Shown here piece by piece: positions 38,108 to 48,178 of a stretch of 64,000 nt of DNA (within the stretch, counting starts at the first letter, position 1; each line of letters opens with the position of its first letter). The translations under genes were made by a program, and so were the position numbers. The notes beneath the pieces were generated by a model. That model made no database searches. It was not told where the DNA came from and worked only from the letters and a program-made list of their open reading frames with translations. Source of the stretch: Patescibacteria group bacterium. GTDB lineage: Bacteria > Patescibacteriota > JACPGU01. The stretch is from contig JAQULF010000001.1 in NCBI GenBank assembly GCA_028718745.1, positions 111,078 to 175,077 on the forward strand, given 5' to 3'.

Positions 38108-38419
38108 ATGGATAAGATTTCTGGATTAACAAAAAAATCTTTCGAAAATAGAAACTTAACCGGAGCTGCTCATGCGGCTCTGGTTTGTTTCGTAGCCAAA
38201 AAATGTTTGGAGGAGATATTAAAAAAAAGTTTTTTAAAAGAGATTGAGATAGTCTCTTTTCGGGATGGTATTCTTTTTATTTCAACGCCAAACTCCACCT
38301 ATTCACAGGAAATAAAATTGAAAGAAGGAGAAATCTTAAAGAAGATCAATTTAGAGTTAAAAAAAGATTTGGTTGAAAAGATAAAATTTAAAGCTAAGAA
38401 GCTACAAGCTACAAGCTAA
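38108..38419 (+). CDS. DUF721/DciA-like protein
   Basis: SFRDGILFISTPNSTYSQEIKL...ILKKIN...VEKIKF pattern; follows dnaN. Confidence 0.7.
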   Translation: MDKISGLTKKSFENRNLTGAAHAALVCFVAKKCLEEILKKSFLKEIEIVSFRDGILFISTPNSTYSQEIKLKEGEILKKINLELKKDLVEKIKFKAKKLQATS

Positions 38420-38430
38420 TAAGCTGACTT

Positions 38431-41400
38431 CTAGTATCCTACATGCACAAAGTCTTTCATGTAATCGCTTTGGTATAAGCCTTTGACGCCTCTTATCATA
38501 CTGGCTCCACCATAGTATTTAGTAATTAAATCGTCACTTGCTCCATCCTTGCCCTCAAGAAAATCCACATCCTCCTGCCTGAAAGTACCCATGATTGTGG
38601 GGATTAGGTCGTTATCGCTCATTCTATCTCCTATTTTCAGCATATCGGTAATCAGCTTTCTGGTGTTGGCTTGAGACCATTGAATATAGAGAGAATCATC
38701 CTCCTTGCACCATGAAGTAAATGTGTAATCTCCCACGCAGGTGATTTGTATTTCCGACTTAGAAAAACCAAAAAGGATAGTATAAAGAGCTATCGCCGCA
38801 GCAACATAGAAATTAAAGCCTAAACCGGAGATATTATAAGCCGTAACAGCTCCAAGTATAGAGCTGGTGGAACCGGGCGGCAACCCCATTTGAGAATCTA
38901 ATTTCATCAATTGTTTCCCAAATACCAGATTGACTGCTATAAGGATAAGGTCTCCCTGGCCAATCTTGCCGGATTGCATTAATTTATAATTATGATAAAG
39001 CGTGTAAGATGTCCCCGATGGCAATCCAAGCTGTTTGTCCAGCAGGCTCCCGATTTGTCCTTCCAAGAAGTCTTTGCCAAAACCCGAAGTGATTTTATTG
39101 GTGTCGCCGGTGGCAAAGTAATAAATGTTTTTGGCCGTATCTTGGGGAAGGGCAATGCCTACTTTTTTGCTTAATTCTGAATCCAAAAATCCAAAGAAGT
39201 TGTTTCTTAAATTATCATTGCTGAAGGCATTTTTCAGATGATCCATGTTGCGGTCAACGGCAAACTGTGAGAGAGCCTGGGTAATACCCAAAGCATTAGC
39301 CGCGGTTTTTATATCGTCCGGCAGAAGATTGTTTATCAAAATGTAATTAACCCCATAAGCCAAAAGCATATTATTTCTCTCGTCTTCCGTTCCGCTCATC
39401 ATGGTTTTGGAAAAACCAAACGGTATGGGCGGCAACCCATTCATTCTGGCCGTAGCGGCAATCTGGGCGTCGGCATATCTGTACTGTAATTCCTTTCTGG
39501 CATTAGGCACTATTTGACTTTGCGCGCTGGCTATCGCTTGTCTCTGGCCATCAACAAAATTAATGTAGGCCGGATTAGCGGTCCCGTTGGTTAGCTGGGG
39601 AGGCGGAAGATTTTTGTTTTTCTCTACATATTGCTGTGTGTAGTTAGCGCTGGCAATTCCGGCAGCTTTTAGTTTGTCTCCTTCGCTGGCCCACATAACA
39701 TTTTTTATATCGGCATAACTTAATTGAAATTCAGGCGGCAATAATTGAAAATTATTCCCATTCTCATCCTTTTCGGCTTTTAATTTATTAACCGTAAAGG
39801 CCATACCCATTGCTTCCATTACCTTAGGATCTCCCTTATACAACAGCCCCAGATCTTCATCGGAAAGAAATATCCCATCGCCTCCGGCAATCGATTGGCC
39901 ATTCTTGTCTTTAATTACTGTTGCATCATGAATAATGCTCTTCAGGGTATTATTAATAATCAAATCGGAACAAATAGTTCTGTGTTCCTGGACAATTTTT
40001 TTGGCTTCCGCTTCGTTCATTGCCTGTCTAGCCCCGCCGCAAGAATTATTAGCATCCCCGGGATTTATAACATAATTTGGATCCATGCCGGGAATATAAT
40101 ATTGAAACAATGTTATCAGGTTATTTTTCTGACCTTCGAGGTCGCCAAAAAATACTTTTTCGCTCATAGCTCGCATGCCTTGAGCCATTAGAATCGATTT
40201 GGATTTATCCGGATGCAAAATCAAATTTTCCATTGTGCCGGCAGTAAATCCCAGTTTGTCGTCTACATCAATGTGGCCCACCTTTTTGAGAGCGCTAAGC
40301 ACAGTGATTTGTCCTTCGGATGTTCTTAAAAAGCCGGGATCTTTGAAAATACCATAGACCAATCCGCCGGTTGCGATATAGTTTTTCATTTTTTGAGTTT
40401 CAGAACTCGTTGGATCGCCGGTTATTAAATATGAAGCAAAATTATTCAAGAAATCTTGAGTATCGGTTCTGGCAAATTGGTATTTCTGAATAAGAGCCAG
40501 ATAGTCAGCGATTGAAATTCTGTTTTGCAAGAGCAATTTAGTTGGTCCCTCATTGAATTTTGTATCTTCTTCGGTAATATTGCTTATTTTCAAAATGCCG
40601 TCGATATTTTGAGCTCTTATAATATTGTTTGGATCACCCCAATAGGATGCTCCCTGTTTAGAAACATTGGCTGATACATAGCTAGCTATAACCGCATCGG
40701 TCTGACTATAGTCCAGATTCAGTCGGAAAGACGCGGAAAACTTCTTGGCCCCATTAATTCTGATAACATCGCTAATAGAAGAATTTGGCGAAAAGCTTCC
40801 TTCGGCCAGACCCAAAGTTTCTTCAACTAATTTTTGCGAGAAGTTTGCTGGAAAATCTCCTTTGATAGGAAGATTTATTCCAAATCCGGTGATAAGGGCA
40901 ATGTCTTGCGCCGGTAGAGCGGTAAAGAGAGCTTTGCTGAAAATTGATTCCGGGTTGCTAATAACATCGGCTATATCTTGGGAGGTCAGTCCATATTTAG
41001 TTAGCTTTTTTTGTACTTCCTCGGGCAGTTGTCCATAAAGAATCTCTCCGGATTTTTCTGTCGCGTAGGCTTTCTGCGCTCTTTCTTTGTAATCCTTGGT
41101 GCTAATTTCCTGCCGTAAAAATTGAGCTGTGGTTCCAATGTCAACTCCTAATTTTTGGTCTAAGGTACGGCCTAGATTATAGGGAACCGAATTTTCTATA
41201 AAGTCAGTATTTTTGATTTGGTTTAAAGAGCCATATTGTGTAAGATCAAATCCGAATTTTTGAATTAATCTCTTTTCGCCCTCATTGTTATATTGGGCAA
41301 AATTAGCCAGAACCGGAGAAATCATTTTAGCGATATTGGTAGCTATGCCAACAGTTGAATCTCCAGTAAACCACCCGTTAGGCAGAGCCGGGTTGGGATG

Positions 41401-44400
41401 CAATTGATTGAGGGCATTTTCTATCGCTTCCTGCCCTATAGACTCCGACATGTTGCTGGAAACAGAGGCTTGCCCATAAATTCCCATGAAATGAGCCAAT
41501 TGTTCTTCTCCATTTACGGCCAGAAGATTCTCAATACACGATTGAGTTCGGCCATCGTTAGCCACTTGCACTTGACAGTTTGTTCCCGGATTCTCAATCA
41601 TAGCCTTAATTGTTCCAACCGGAAGACTTAGTCCATCGTCTATATTTTTTGCGCCTATTTTCAAAGCGACACCCAAATAATTTCCATTCAAAAGATCGGT
41701 TATGTCCTGACTATTGAGAATATATCCGCCAAATTCCAGATTGAGATTCTTGGTTATATCATTTCTGGCATAGTCTTTCAGATGGCTATCCCCGACTTTC
41801 CCCGCGTATTGATCGGGCGTTATGTCTCCGGCCATAAGAGCGTAAGTAGTGTTTTCGCTCAAGCCAAACAAAGTATCGGCCGATTTAAAAATGTTTTTGA
41901 ACCAAGCTTCATTTTCTGTTCTGATTGGCAAATTATTTATCATATCCTGAATATTATATCCGGGAAAAAAGTAGCCGAATATTTTTTCATTCCCGCCGAC
42001 ACTTTGAATCAATTCAGCTGTGTCAGTTCCCTTAAAACTTTCTTTGGGCATAGATAATGTTTCTTCGATATAGGCCGAACCGATGGATCGAGAATCTATT
42101 TTTGCTTTGCCGGCTTTTATAGTTTGAGTTATTGACCCGGACGGCAGTCCCAAAGATGATTCAACGCTGGAAGCTCCCAGTTCACGACCTATCTCGTCAC
42201 TTTTAAAAATCATGCTGGTAACATCAAAATTATTAAGGCCGATATTTTTTCCGGAATTTTTATTTACCAGATTCTGCCGACTTTGCAAGTTAGCGTTTTC
42301 CATTCTGATTTCGTTGTCCCAAAGATTTAGATTTCCTTCATAAAGCCTAATTTGTCCGGCAGTCTCCGCCGAAGTATCTCCGGAATCTCTTTTTGCTTTT
42401 AATTCATTTAATTTATTTTGAGTATCTGTCAGCTGTTTGTTTAAAAAGTTTAGTTTGGCTATACTGCTTTGATCAGCTATTGCCGTATTTGCTGCGTTTT
42501 GCTCGTCTTCGGCATCGGAAACTTTATTTGCTCCAATAGTATAAAAAACATCTTCGCCATTATTTAGGCGGAAAATGTTTGAGATAGCATCTAGCAGTAA
42601 TCCATGTTCGCCATTGAGTTGATTCTCATCCAGATAAACCCAAATCGACTGATCTCCACTGCCTATTCTTATTTTTTCTTCAATCGAAGCTTTTTCTTCT
42701 TCCCAGGCTTGTTTTTGGCTTTCGCTGACATCAAGCAAACGAAGATAGCCGGCTATAGCCTGGGATCTTTGTTTTAGGCCATCCAATGTTGCTTGGTCTT
42801 GAGCGATAGTTTCGGCCCGGTTAATATCTTGAATAAGAGTAGCTCCGGATGCGGAGGGATATCGAATATATAGAGTATCTAAAACAGATGAGTAGAGATA
42901 ACCGATGTTTTCTAATGGCAAGCCTTTGAAATCAGTTAACCATTTGACAATTACAGCCCTCATATTATCATTTTTGGCCAGAACCTTGGCCAACTCATCT
43001 ATTCCTATGGCATGAAAAACACTTAAGTCATTTTGTAAAATTCTAGCCATGCTTCCTTCCGGCAAATTCCAAACCTCATCTTGTTCATTATAAATTGGCG
43101 CTCCCGCATATAGAAGCGCTCCCTGATTTGGGCCGGCCTCTTGATTGATGGAATAGTTTTCAATTGCGGCATGATTGACAAAACCGGAAGCCTTTGAATT
43201 CAGCAGCGAATCTCCCACCGCTTTTTTATAAATAGAAGGCGATAGTCCGTTTATCAGCCGACTGGAATAACCTTGTTCCGGAGGGAGATTAAGTATGGCA
43301 TCGACTTGCTCCGGGTTTTGGAAAAGCTGATTCCATTTATCTATCCCCACATTTTCTTTAATTTGATTAAGCGATTCCGGAGCAAAACTACCGCCGGCAA
43401 GATTGAGATTTTGTTCGATTAATACTTGTCCGACAAAAATTGAAAAAGAGGCGGGATCTCCATTGGGAACAAAATAGTCTAATGATCCAAGACGGATGCC
43501 AAATTCCGACTCAATCTTTCTTTTGCCTAGACTCGTCAGGATTTCATCCGAAGTTGTTCCGGAAAGCGAACCTTCGGCCAATCCCAATCTTTCGGCGACT
43601 ATCTCCCTCCCGATATTTGTTTGAATTTCATCTTCCGTATTTCCTCTCAAACCTTTGGCGGGTATTTTTAAATAATCAGATAATATATTTTTGCCGATAT
43701 TGCCGTATAATTTATCAGCGGTAGAATTATCTTCTTGAGAATTAATAATTATGCCGCCAATTTCCTCTTGCAGAGCCAGCAATCCCATCGCCTTTACTAT
43801 TTGAGGCAAACTGTCACCCTCTTTTATATTCAACTGACTAAAATCATATCCGGTACTTGCTCCCAGTAAGCTAAATAAATCAGCCAGTCCCTGGTTTTGA
43901 AAAAGTTCTCCAAAGGATGATCCTACACCGGAGGTTGGCGAGGAAAATCCCGAGCCCTTCCCGACCGCTTCGGATTGGCGAATAACCATAATATCTACCG
44001 GCGGTTTGGCGGTTATCTTGGTTCTCAAAATGCCTTTTTGATAAAGCCGTCGGTCCACCATATCAATTCCGGCAATATCCATAGCTTGTCCGGAAAAGTG
44101 AGGGCTGATAGAGCGATCTTCGTCGCTGGTAAAATCCCATTCGCGGGAAAATTGCCGGCCGGTCGAGTCATATTCGCTTTTGATTCTTCTCACTTTAATC
44201 TTGCGGAATCCGGCTCCGCCCAATTCGGTTGGTCGAACCAAGTATTTCAAGGCCTCTAAAATCCGGTTATCTACCTGATGAGTGCGGATATAATACTTGT
44301 CCTTTCCAGAGATTATCACTTTGGAAGAGAGAGTGGTAAGGAGAATATCCTCCAACTGAGAGAGAGCGGCTCGGGGGTCTTTAAGGCTACTGCTGTATTT

Positions 44401-45126
44401 GTTGCAGGGGTTGTTTTCATTTTTTTCCATATCGGCCAACTGTTTCTCGATAACATCGGAGCCGACAGTATTGGTCGGGTCATTGGTAGTTAGGGACAAA
44501 AGATTAGTTTCCAATTCCCTGACTTTTTGCAAACATAGATCATTTTGTTCTCGAACAGCCCTTTCCTCTACGGTTTTCAAAGAGGCTATCATTGTTTCGG
44601 CAGCCGTGTTAATAGCTAGGTTTCTGGCATCTGGCTCATTCGCGAGAGCTAAGACAGCTTGTTCATTGAGAGTGGTGGGCGGATGAAAGGCTGTTTTGCC
44701 GGCCGATCCGTTTCTTAAAACATAACCTGTAATAGCCAGAACGATGGCACCAACAATAACAATAACGGCTAAAATTATAAAAATAGGAACAAGATAGGGA
44801 GCCAGAGCAACCCAAGCTGATTTCAGAGCTTGTTTTTTTAATTGTGATTTTGCTGCATCGACTGCAGCGCCGGCAGTTTCATTGGTAGCAGAACCACCTC
44901 CTGGTCCCGAGGCGCTCGGTTTATCGCCGGCCGGTTTTCCGGCTGGTGTTTCTTGTTTTGCTCCCACTCTCGCGGCCTCCGCCTCTTGCCTTCTTTGATT
45001 TTCAGCGATATTTCTTTGTCTTTCAGCCTCCCGATGTTGTTCGATCGAAGCCTGTGCCCTTTCCATTTCATGCATCCATGCCAGCCTATCATCAAAGTCG
45101 GAATTTGTTTTGTTTTCCTCTGCCAT
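38431..45126 (-). CDS. Giant (2231 aa) membrane-anchored protein with an M15-like peptidase motif and many (D/E)xxLGLPxG(S/T) repeats
   Basis: TM near residues 105-135, SPHFSGQAMDI near residue 341, C-terminal DFVHVGY. Confidence 0.8.
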   Translation of the reverse strand: MAEENKTNSDFDDRLAWMHEMERAQASIEQHREAERQRNIAENQRRQEAEAARVGAKQETPAGKPAGDKPSASGPGGGSATNETAGAAVDAAKSQLKKQALKSAWVALAPYLVPIFIILAVIVIVGAIVLAITGYVLRNGSAGKTAFHPPTTLNEQAVLALANEPDARNLAINTAAETMIASLKTVEERAVREQNDLCLQKVRELETNLLSLTTNDPTNTVGSDVIEKQLADMEKNENNPCNKYSSSLKDPRAALSQLEDILLTTLSSKVIISGKDKYYIRTHQVDNRILEALKYLVRPTELGGAGFRKIKVRRIKSEYDSTGRQFSREWDFTSDEDRSISPHFSGQAMDIAGIDMVDRRLYQKGILRTKITAKPPVDIMVIRQSEAVGKGSGFSSPTSGVGSSFGELFQNQGLADLFSLLGASTGYDFSQLNIKEGDSLPQIVKAMGLLALQEEIGGIIINSQEDNSTADKLYGNIGKNILSDYLKIPAKGLRGNTEDEIQTNIGREIVAERLGLAEGSLSGTTSDEILTSLGKRKIESEFGIRLGSLDYFVPNGDPASFSIFVGQVLIEQNLNLAGGSFAPESLNQIKENVGIDKWNQLFQNPEQVDAILNLPPEQGYSSRLINGLSPSIYKKAVGDSLLNSKASGFVNHAAIENYSINQEAGPNQGALLYAGAPIYNEQDEVWNLPEGSMARILQNDLSVFHAIGIDELAKVLAKNDNMRAVIVKWLTDFKGLPLENIGYLYSSVLDTLYIRYPSASGATLIQDINRAETIAQDQATLDGLKQRSQAIAGYLRLLDVSESQKQAWEEEKASIEEKIRIGSGDQSIWVYLDENQLNGEHGLLLDAISNIFRLNNGEDVFYTIGANKVSDAEDEQNAANTAIADQSSIAKLNFLNKQLTDTQNKLNELKAKRDSGDTSAETAGQIRLYEGNLNLWDNEIRMENANLQSRQNLVNKNSGKNIGLNNFDVTSMIFKSDEIGRELGASSVESSLGLPSGSITQTIKAGKAKIDSRSIGSAYIEETLSMPKESFKGTDTAELIQSVGGNEKIFGYFFPGYNIQDMINNLPIRTENEAWFKNIFKSADTLFGLSENTTYALMAGDITPDQYAGKVGDSHLKDYARNDITKNLNLEFGGYILNSQDITDLLNGNYLGVALKIGAKNIDDGLSLPVGTIKAMIENPGTNCQVQVANDGRTQSCIENLLAVNGEEQLAHFMGIYGQASVSSNMSESIGQEAIENALNQLHPNPALPNGWFTGDSTVGIATNIAKMISPVLANFAQYNNEGEKRLIQKFGFDLTQYGSLNQIKNTDFIENSVPYNLGRTLDQKLGVDIGTTAQFLRQEISTKDYKERAQKAYATEKSGEILYGQLPEEVQKKLTKYGLTSQDIADVISNPESIFSKALFTALPAQDIALITGFGINLPIKGDFPANFSQKLVEETLGLAEGSFSPNSSISDVIRINGAKKFSASFRLNLDYSQTDAVIASYVSANVSKQGASYWGDPNNIIRAQNIDGILKISNITEEDTKFNEGPTKLLLQNRISIADYLALIQKYQFARTDTQDFLNNFASYLITGDPTSSETQKMKNYIATGGLVYGIFKDPGFLRTSEGQITVLSALKKVGHIDVDDKLGFTAGTMENLILHPDKSKSILMAQGMRAMSEKVFFGDLEGQKNNLITLFQYYIPGMDPNYVINPGDANNSCGGARQAMNEAEAKKIVQEHRTICSDLIINNTLKSIIHDATVIKDKNGQSIAGGDGIFLSDEDLGLLYKGDPKVMEAMGMAFTVNKLKAEKDENGNNFQLLPPEFQLSYADIKNVMWASEGDKLKAAGIASANYTQQYVEKNKNLPPPQLTNGTANPAYINFVDGQRQAIASAQSQIVPNARKELQYRYADAQIAATARMNGLPPIPFGFSKTMMSGTEDERNNMLLAYGVNYILINNLLPDDIKTAANALGITQALSQFAVDRNMDHLKNAFSNDNLRNNFFGFLDSELSKKVGIALPQDTAKNIYYFATGDTNKITSGFGKDFLEGQIGSLLDKQLGLPSGTSYTLYHNYKLMQSGKIGQGDLILIAVNLVFGKQLMKLDSQMGLPPGSTSSILGAVTAYNISGLGFNFYVAAAIALYTILFGFSKSEIQITCVGDYTFTSWCKEDDSLYIQWSQANTRKLITDMLKIGDRMSDNDLIPTIMGTFRQEDVDFLEGKDGASDDLITKYYGGASMIRGVKGLYQSDYMKDFVHVGY

Positions 45127-45169
45127 TTTTTTGTTTTGGTTTATATTATTGCCTTTATTCTATACTAAG

Positions 45170-46003
45170 CTAAACTAATTTCTTTTTATCTTTGTTGGGT
45201 AAAAAATTATCCCTTGAAACAATTAGCCTTCCGGTTTTTCTCTCAATTTGTTTTCTTGCTGTTCCTGCAATTTGGCCACCGGCTCTGGCGTCATCTTTTA
45301 ATTTAGGGAGACCTTGAGACTCGCGAGTTCGATGTATTTCGGTTGTAGTTTTTTCTCCAAGCATGGTTAAAATAAGTTCAAGATCGTTCATATGGTCGCG
45401 AAGATTTTCTTTCTTTAATTCTTTCAATTTCTTATAATCAGATGGGATCAAACCAAAAGTAGCTTTTGATATTTCGGCTGTTAGTATCTCATAATCTTTC
45501 TGGTTTTCAGCTCCACGATTTTTCCATTCATCGGTTAGTTCTTCGCGAATCACAATTCCGCGTATTCTTTTTTCAATCCAATTTTCAGGATAGCCTTTTA
45601 GTTTGTACAGCATTCTCGTTCGCTTGGTTGCCAGTTCAGGATCTTCGATTTCTTGGATTCTTTCATAGCCAACACGAGCCAACCATCGTTTAAAGGGTTC
45701 AGCTTTTGATGAAGGAATAGATTGAACAACACGAAGAACCCCTTCGGTGTTGGCGCAATCTGTCTCACGCATTTTCCCATCTTCGGCAATCATTTTCAAC
45801 TGTTCCCAAAATGGGAACGGTTGAGACATCTCTCTATCTCTCTCCTTCATCTTCGCCCAATATGTTTTTGGTTGAGGGCTATCGGTTAAGATTTTTATAA
45901 CATCCAAAATAGAAAACCACCATTCTTGTTTGTGGATGGTTTTTCGAACTTTTTCGCCACGGAAAATGGCGATTTGGTTATTTGTGTTTAGATTGTCGAT
46001 CAT
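45170..46003 (-). CDS. Bro-N domain DNA-binding protein
   Basis: WWFSILDVI, VQSIPSSKAEPFKRWLA, NLRDHMNDLEL; paralogue of 16236-17078. Confidence 0.85.
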   Translation of the reverse strand: MIDNLNTNNQIAIFRGEKVRKTIHKQEWWFSILDVIKILTDSPQPKTYWAKMKERDREMSQPFPFWEQLKMIAEDGKMRETDCANTEGVLRVVQSIPSSKAEPFKRWLARVGYERIQEIEDPELATKRTRMLYKLKGYPENWIEKRIRGIVIREELTDEWKNRGAENQKDYEILTAEISKATFGLIPSDYKKLKELKKENLRDHMNDLELILTMLGEKTTTEIHRTRESQGLPKLKDDARAGGQIAGTARKQIERKTGRLIVSRDNFLPNKDKKKLV

Positions 46004-46197
46004 AAAAACATCATATCACATTTTTTCATTTAACTCCCCGTAAGACTTAAAGATTTGTAACATTTTTCTGTTTTTATTATATATTATTTTTTTTGCAATC
46101 AAAGTACCTTTTTAATTTTTTTATGTTTTTAAATAGATGCACTTTACAAGAGGGAGATAGAGAGTAGAATAAAAACAAATAATGTTTTAAAAAAATT

Positions 46198-46401
46198 ATG
46201 GAGCCAATACAGGGATTAACCATCGATTCTATTATTAGCGCGCTCTTAAGCTTTGCCGTTTGGGCGGCTGGATTATTATCAATTGTCTTTATAATAGTTA
46301 GCGGGTTCTTTTTTATCACTTCGGGGGGAAACCCGGATGGGATAAAAAAAGGAAAAAGTGCCATTACTTATGCAATTATAGAGATTTGCGTAATATATTA
46401 A
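46198..46401 (+). pseudogene. Truncated VirB2-like pilin paralogue
   Basis: FAVWAAGLLSIVFII.SGF.FITSGG...AITYAII matches the 27971 pilin, but there is no signal peptide and the final TM is cut short. Confidence 0.6.
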
Positions 46402-46832
46402 TTTTGAATATTCCTTTGAAGTTTTTTTAAGAAATCATTTATGGTTAAAATCTCTATATTTTGAAAACCTTTAATTTTTAACAAATGCTTATCTCCGGAA
46501 ATAATATATTTTGAGCCGCTTGCTAAAGCGCAATTGAGAAAAACATTATCAGTTGGATCGTCGCTTACAACATTAACCATATCTATATCTATATCCTGGT
46601 AAAGTTCAGAAAACTGCATTAAAAGAAATACCACATCATTTAAATCTATTTTCGCTTTTTCCAGCTGATTTTTTATTTTGGGATATTCCAAAACTCTTTT
46701 TATCTCATCCAAAATTTTAGGGGTTAGGCAAATCTCAATGCCTCCCTTTTCAATTAAATCAAAAAGAACTTTTGCATTACCTTTCCACAAAAGTCCTGAC
46801 ATAATTACATTTGTATCAAGAACTACTTTCAT
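46398..46832 (-). CDS. PIN-domain toxin
   Basis: VVLDTNVIMSG, DDPTDNVFL, IISGDKHLL. Confidence 0.9.
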   Translation of the reverse strand: MKVVLDTNVIMSGLLWKGNAKVLFDLIEKGGIEICLTPKILDEIKRVLEYPKIKNQLEKAKIDLNDVVFLLMQFSELYQDIDIDMVNVVSDDPTDNVFLNCALASGSKYIISGDKHLLKIKGFQNIEILTINDFLKKLQRNIQN

Positions 46833-46838
46833 ATATTT

Positions 46839-47054
46839 TTATTTTCTAGCGCTTTGAATGGCCAATTTAATATCTTTCGCGCTAATGTTTTTACCAACCT
46901 TTTTTAACTTCAGTTTTATAGATCTTAAATTTAACGGTTTTATCTTTTTCATTATCAAAGAATCTGAAGAAATAGAAATAAATACCCTAGCATTTTTCCA
47001 AGAATTAGGCAGTGGAAGGAAGTCTTTTTGAAGATTTATGCTCTTTGTTGTCAT
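46839..47054 (-). CDS. Putative antitoxin (AbrB-like)
   Basis: Small basic ORF directly upstream of the PIN gene; DSLIMKKI beta-strand pattern. Confidence 0.6.
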   Translation of the reverse strand: MTTKSINLQKDFLPLPNSWKNARVFISISSDSLIMKKIKPLNLRSIKLKLKKVGKNISAKDIKLAIQSARK

Positions 47055-47247
47055 GGTTTAACTTTAAGGTATGTGTAATATTTTGTCAATCAATTCTGAA
47101 AATAAAATTTTTTAACCCTTGCCTTTTTTAGAAAAACACTGTATAATAAGCCAAAATTAGTTTTCGAGGTGGTTTTCAAAACGCTTCTGAAAATAGTATC
47201 TTACCAAACTAAAACCCGGTCAACCCGGATGAAACAGGAGAAACGCC

Positions 47248-48120
47248 GTGAAAAAAATCATTGTGGTACTAGCTGTAATTCTGTTTGGCCTCTCGTTCTG
47301 TCTGAATGCGTCGGCCGTTGTTCCCAATAAAGACAAGGTCGTCGGGAAACCGGCCAATCCAAAGTTGATTGTCAAGATGGACAAAAGCAAGGCCGGCGGC
47401 AACATCGTTGTTTTTTCCGAAGATGGCGGCAAAACCTTTTACCCCATTTTCGACGGCGACGGGGTTTGCGACCAAAATGTTTTTGTCTGGTCGCCGGACG
47501 GCAAATATGTCTTCTGGATCAGCAGCGATATGAGCTGCGAAGCTCCCTTCCTCAAAGACGGGGTATGGCATCACTACGCTCGGCTGTATGATCCGGCCAA
47601 AAGAATACTATTTCTCTGGCCATCGTTGCCATCGGCTCCCAACTATCACCATACTCTGGGCGTGAACTGGGCAAAAGGGTCGGGGCATGACATTCTCATG
47701 AGGACAGCCGACAAGGGTCAGAATTCGGGAGAAACGATCGAGGCCACTGTTGATGAGTGGGAGAAAAATTCCTCTCGAGTGGATATGGATCCCTATCTCC
47801 AGTGGCTGGCTTCTTGGATCACCTCTGTTGTGAAAAAGAACCAGCTAGACGCTCTTTATTCCTTGACGAAAAACCTCCCCCCGAAGGAAGTTGACAGTAT
47901 CGCGATAATGAAAAAAGAATACAGCCCCAAAAACCTCAAAAGAATCTTCGTAAGAGAATTTGATTCTGATGAGGAAGGGGCAAGAGGGGTAGAAGTTCGC
48001 GTTAATACATTCTCAAACAACGCCTCCTATTTTTTTGAAATAGGCGTTGTTGTCAAAAATAAATTTCCGCTTCCGCCCGAAATAATTTCTTTCCGAATCG
48101 GGATGGAGGGAGGCGATTAG
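47248..48120 (+). CDS. Secreted hypothetical protein; GC-richer than flanks
   Basis: Signal peptide ending ASA; FSEDGGKTF and WSPDGKY beta-propeller-like motifs; AGGAG RBS. Confidence 0.7.
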   Translation: MKKIIVVLAVILFGLSFCLNASAVVPNKDKVVGKPANPKLIVKMDKSKAGGNIVVFSEDGGKTFYPIFDGDGVCDQNVFVWSPDGKYVFWISSDMSCEAPFLKDGVWHHYARLYDPAKRILFLWPSLPSAPNYHHTLGVNWAKGSGHDILMRTADKGQNSGETIEATVDEWEKNSSRVDMDPYLQWLASWITSVVKKNQLDALYSLTKNLPPKEVDSIAIMKKEYSPKNLKRIFVREFDSDEEGARGVEVRVNTFSNNASYFFEIGVVVKNKFPLPPEIISFRIGMEGGD

Positions 48121-48148
48121 ACACAATCTCTGCAAATGGCAAATCAAG

Positions 48149-48178
48149 AAAAACGGGCTTCCCAGAAGCCCGTTTTTT
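48149..48178. terminator. Bidirectional intrinsic terminator
   Basis: AAAAACGGGCTT-CCCAG-AAGCCCGTTTTTT. Confidence 0.8.
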
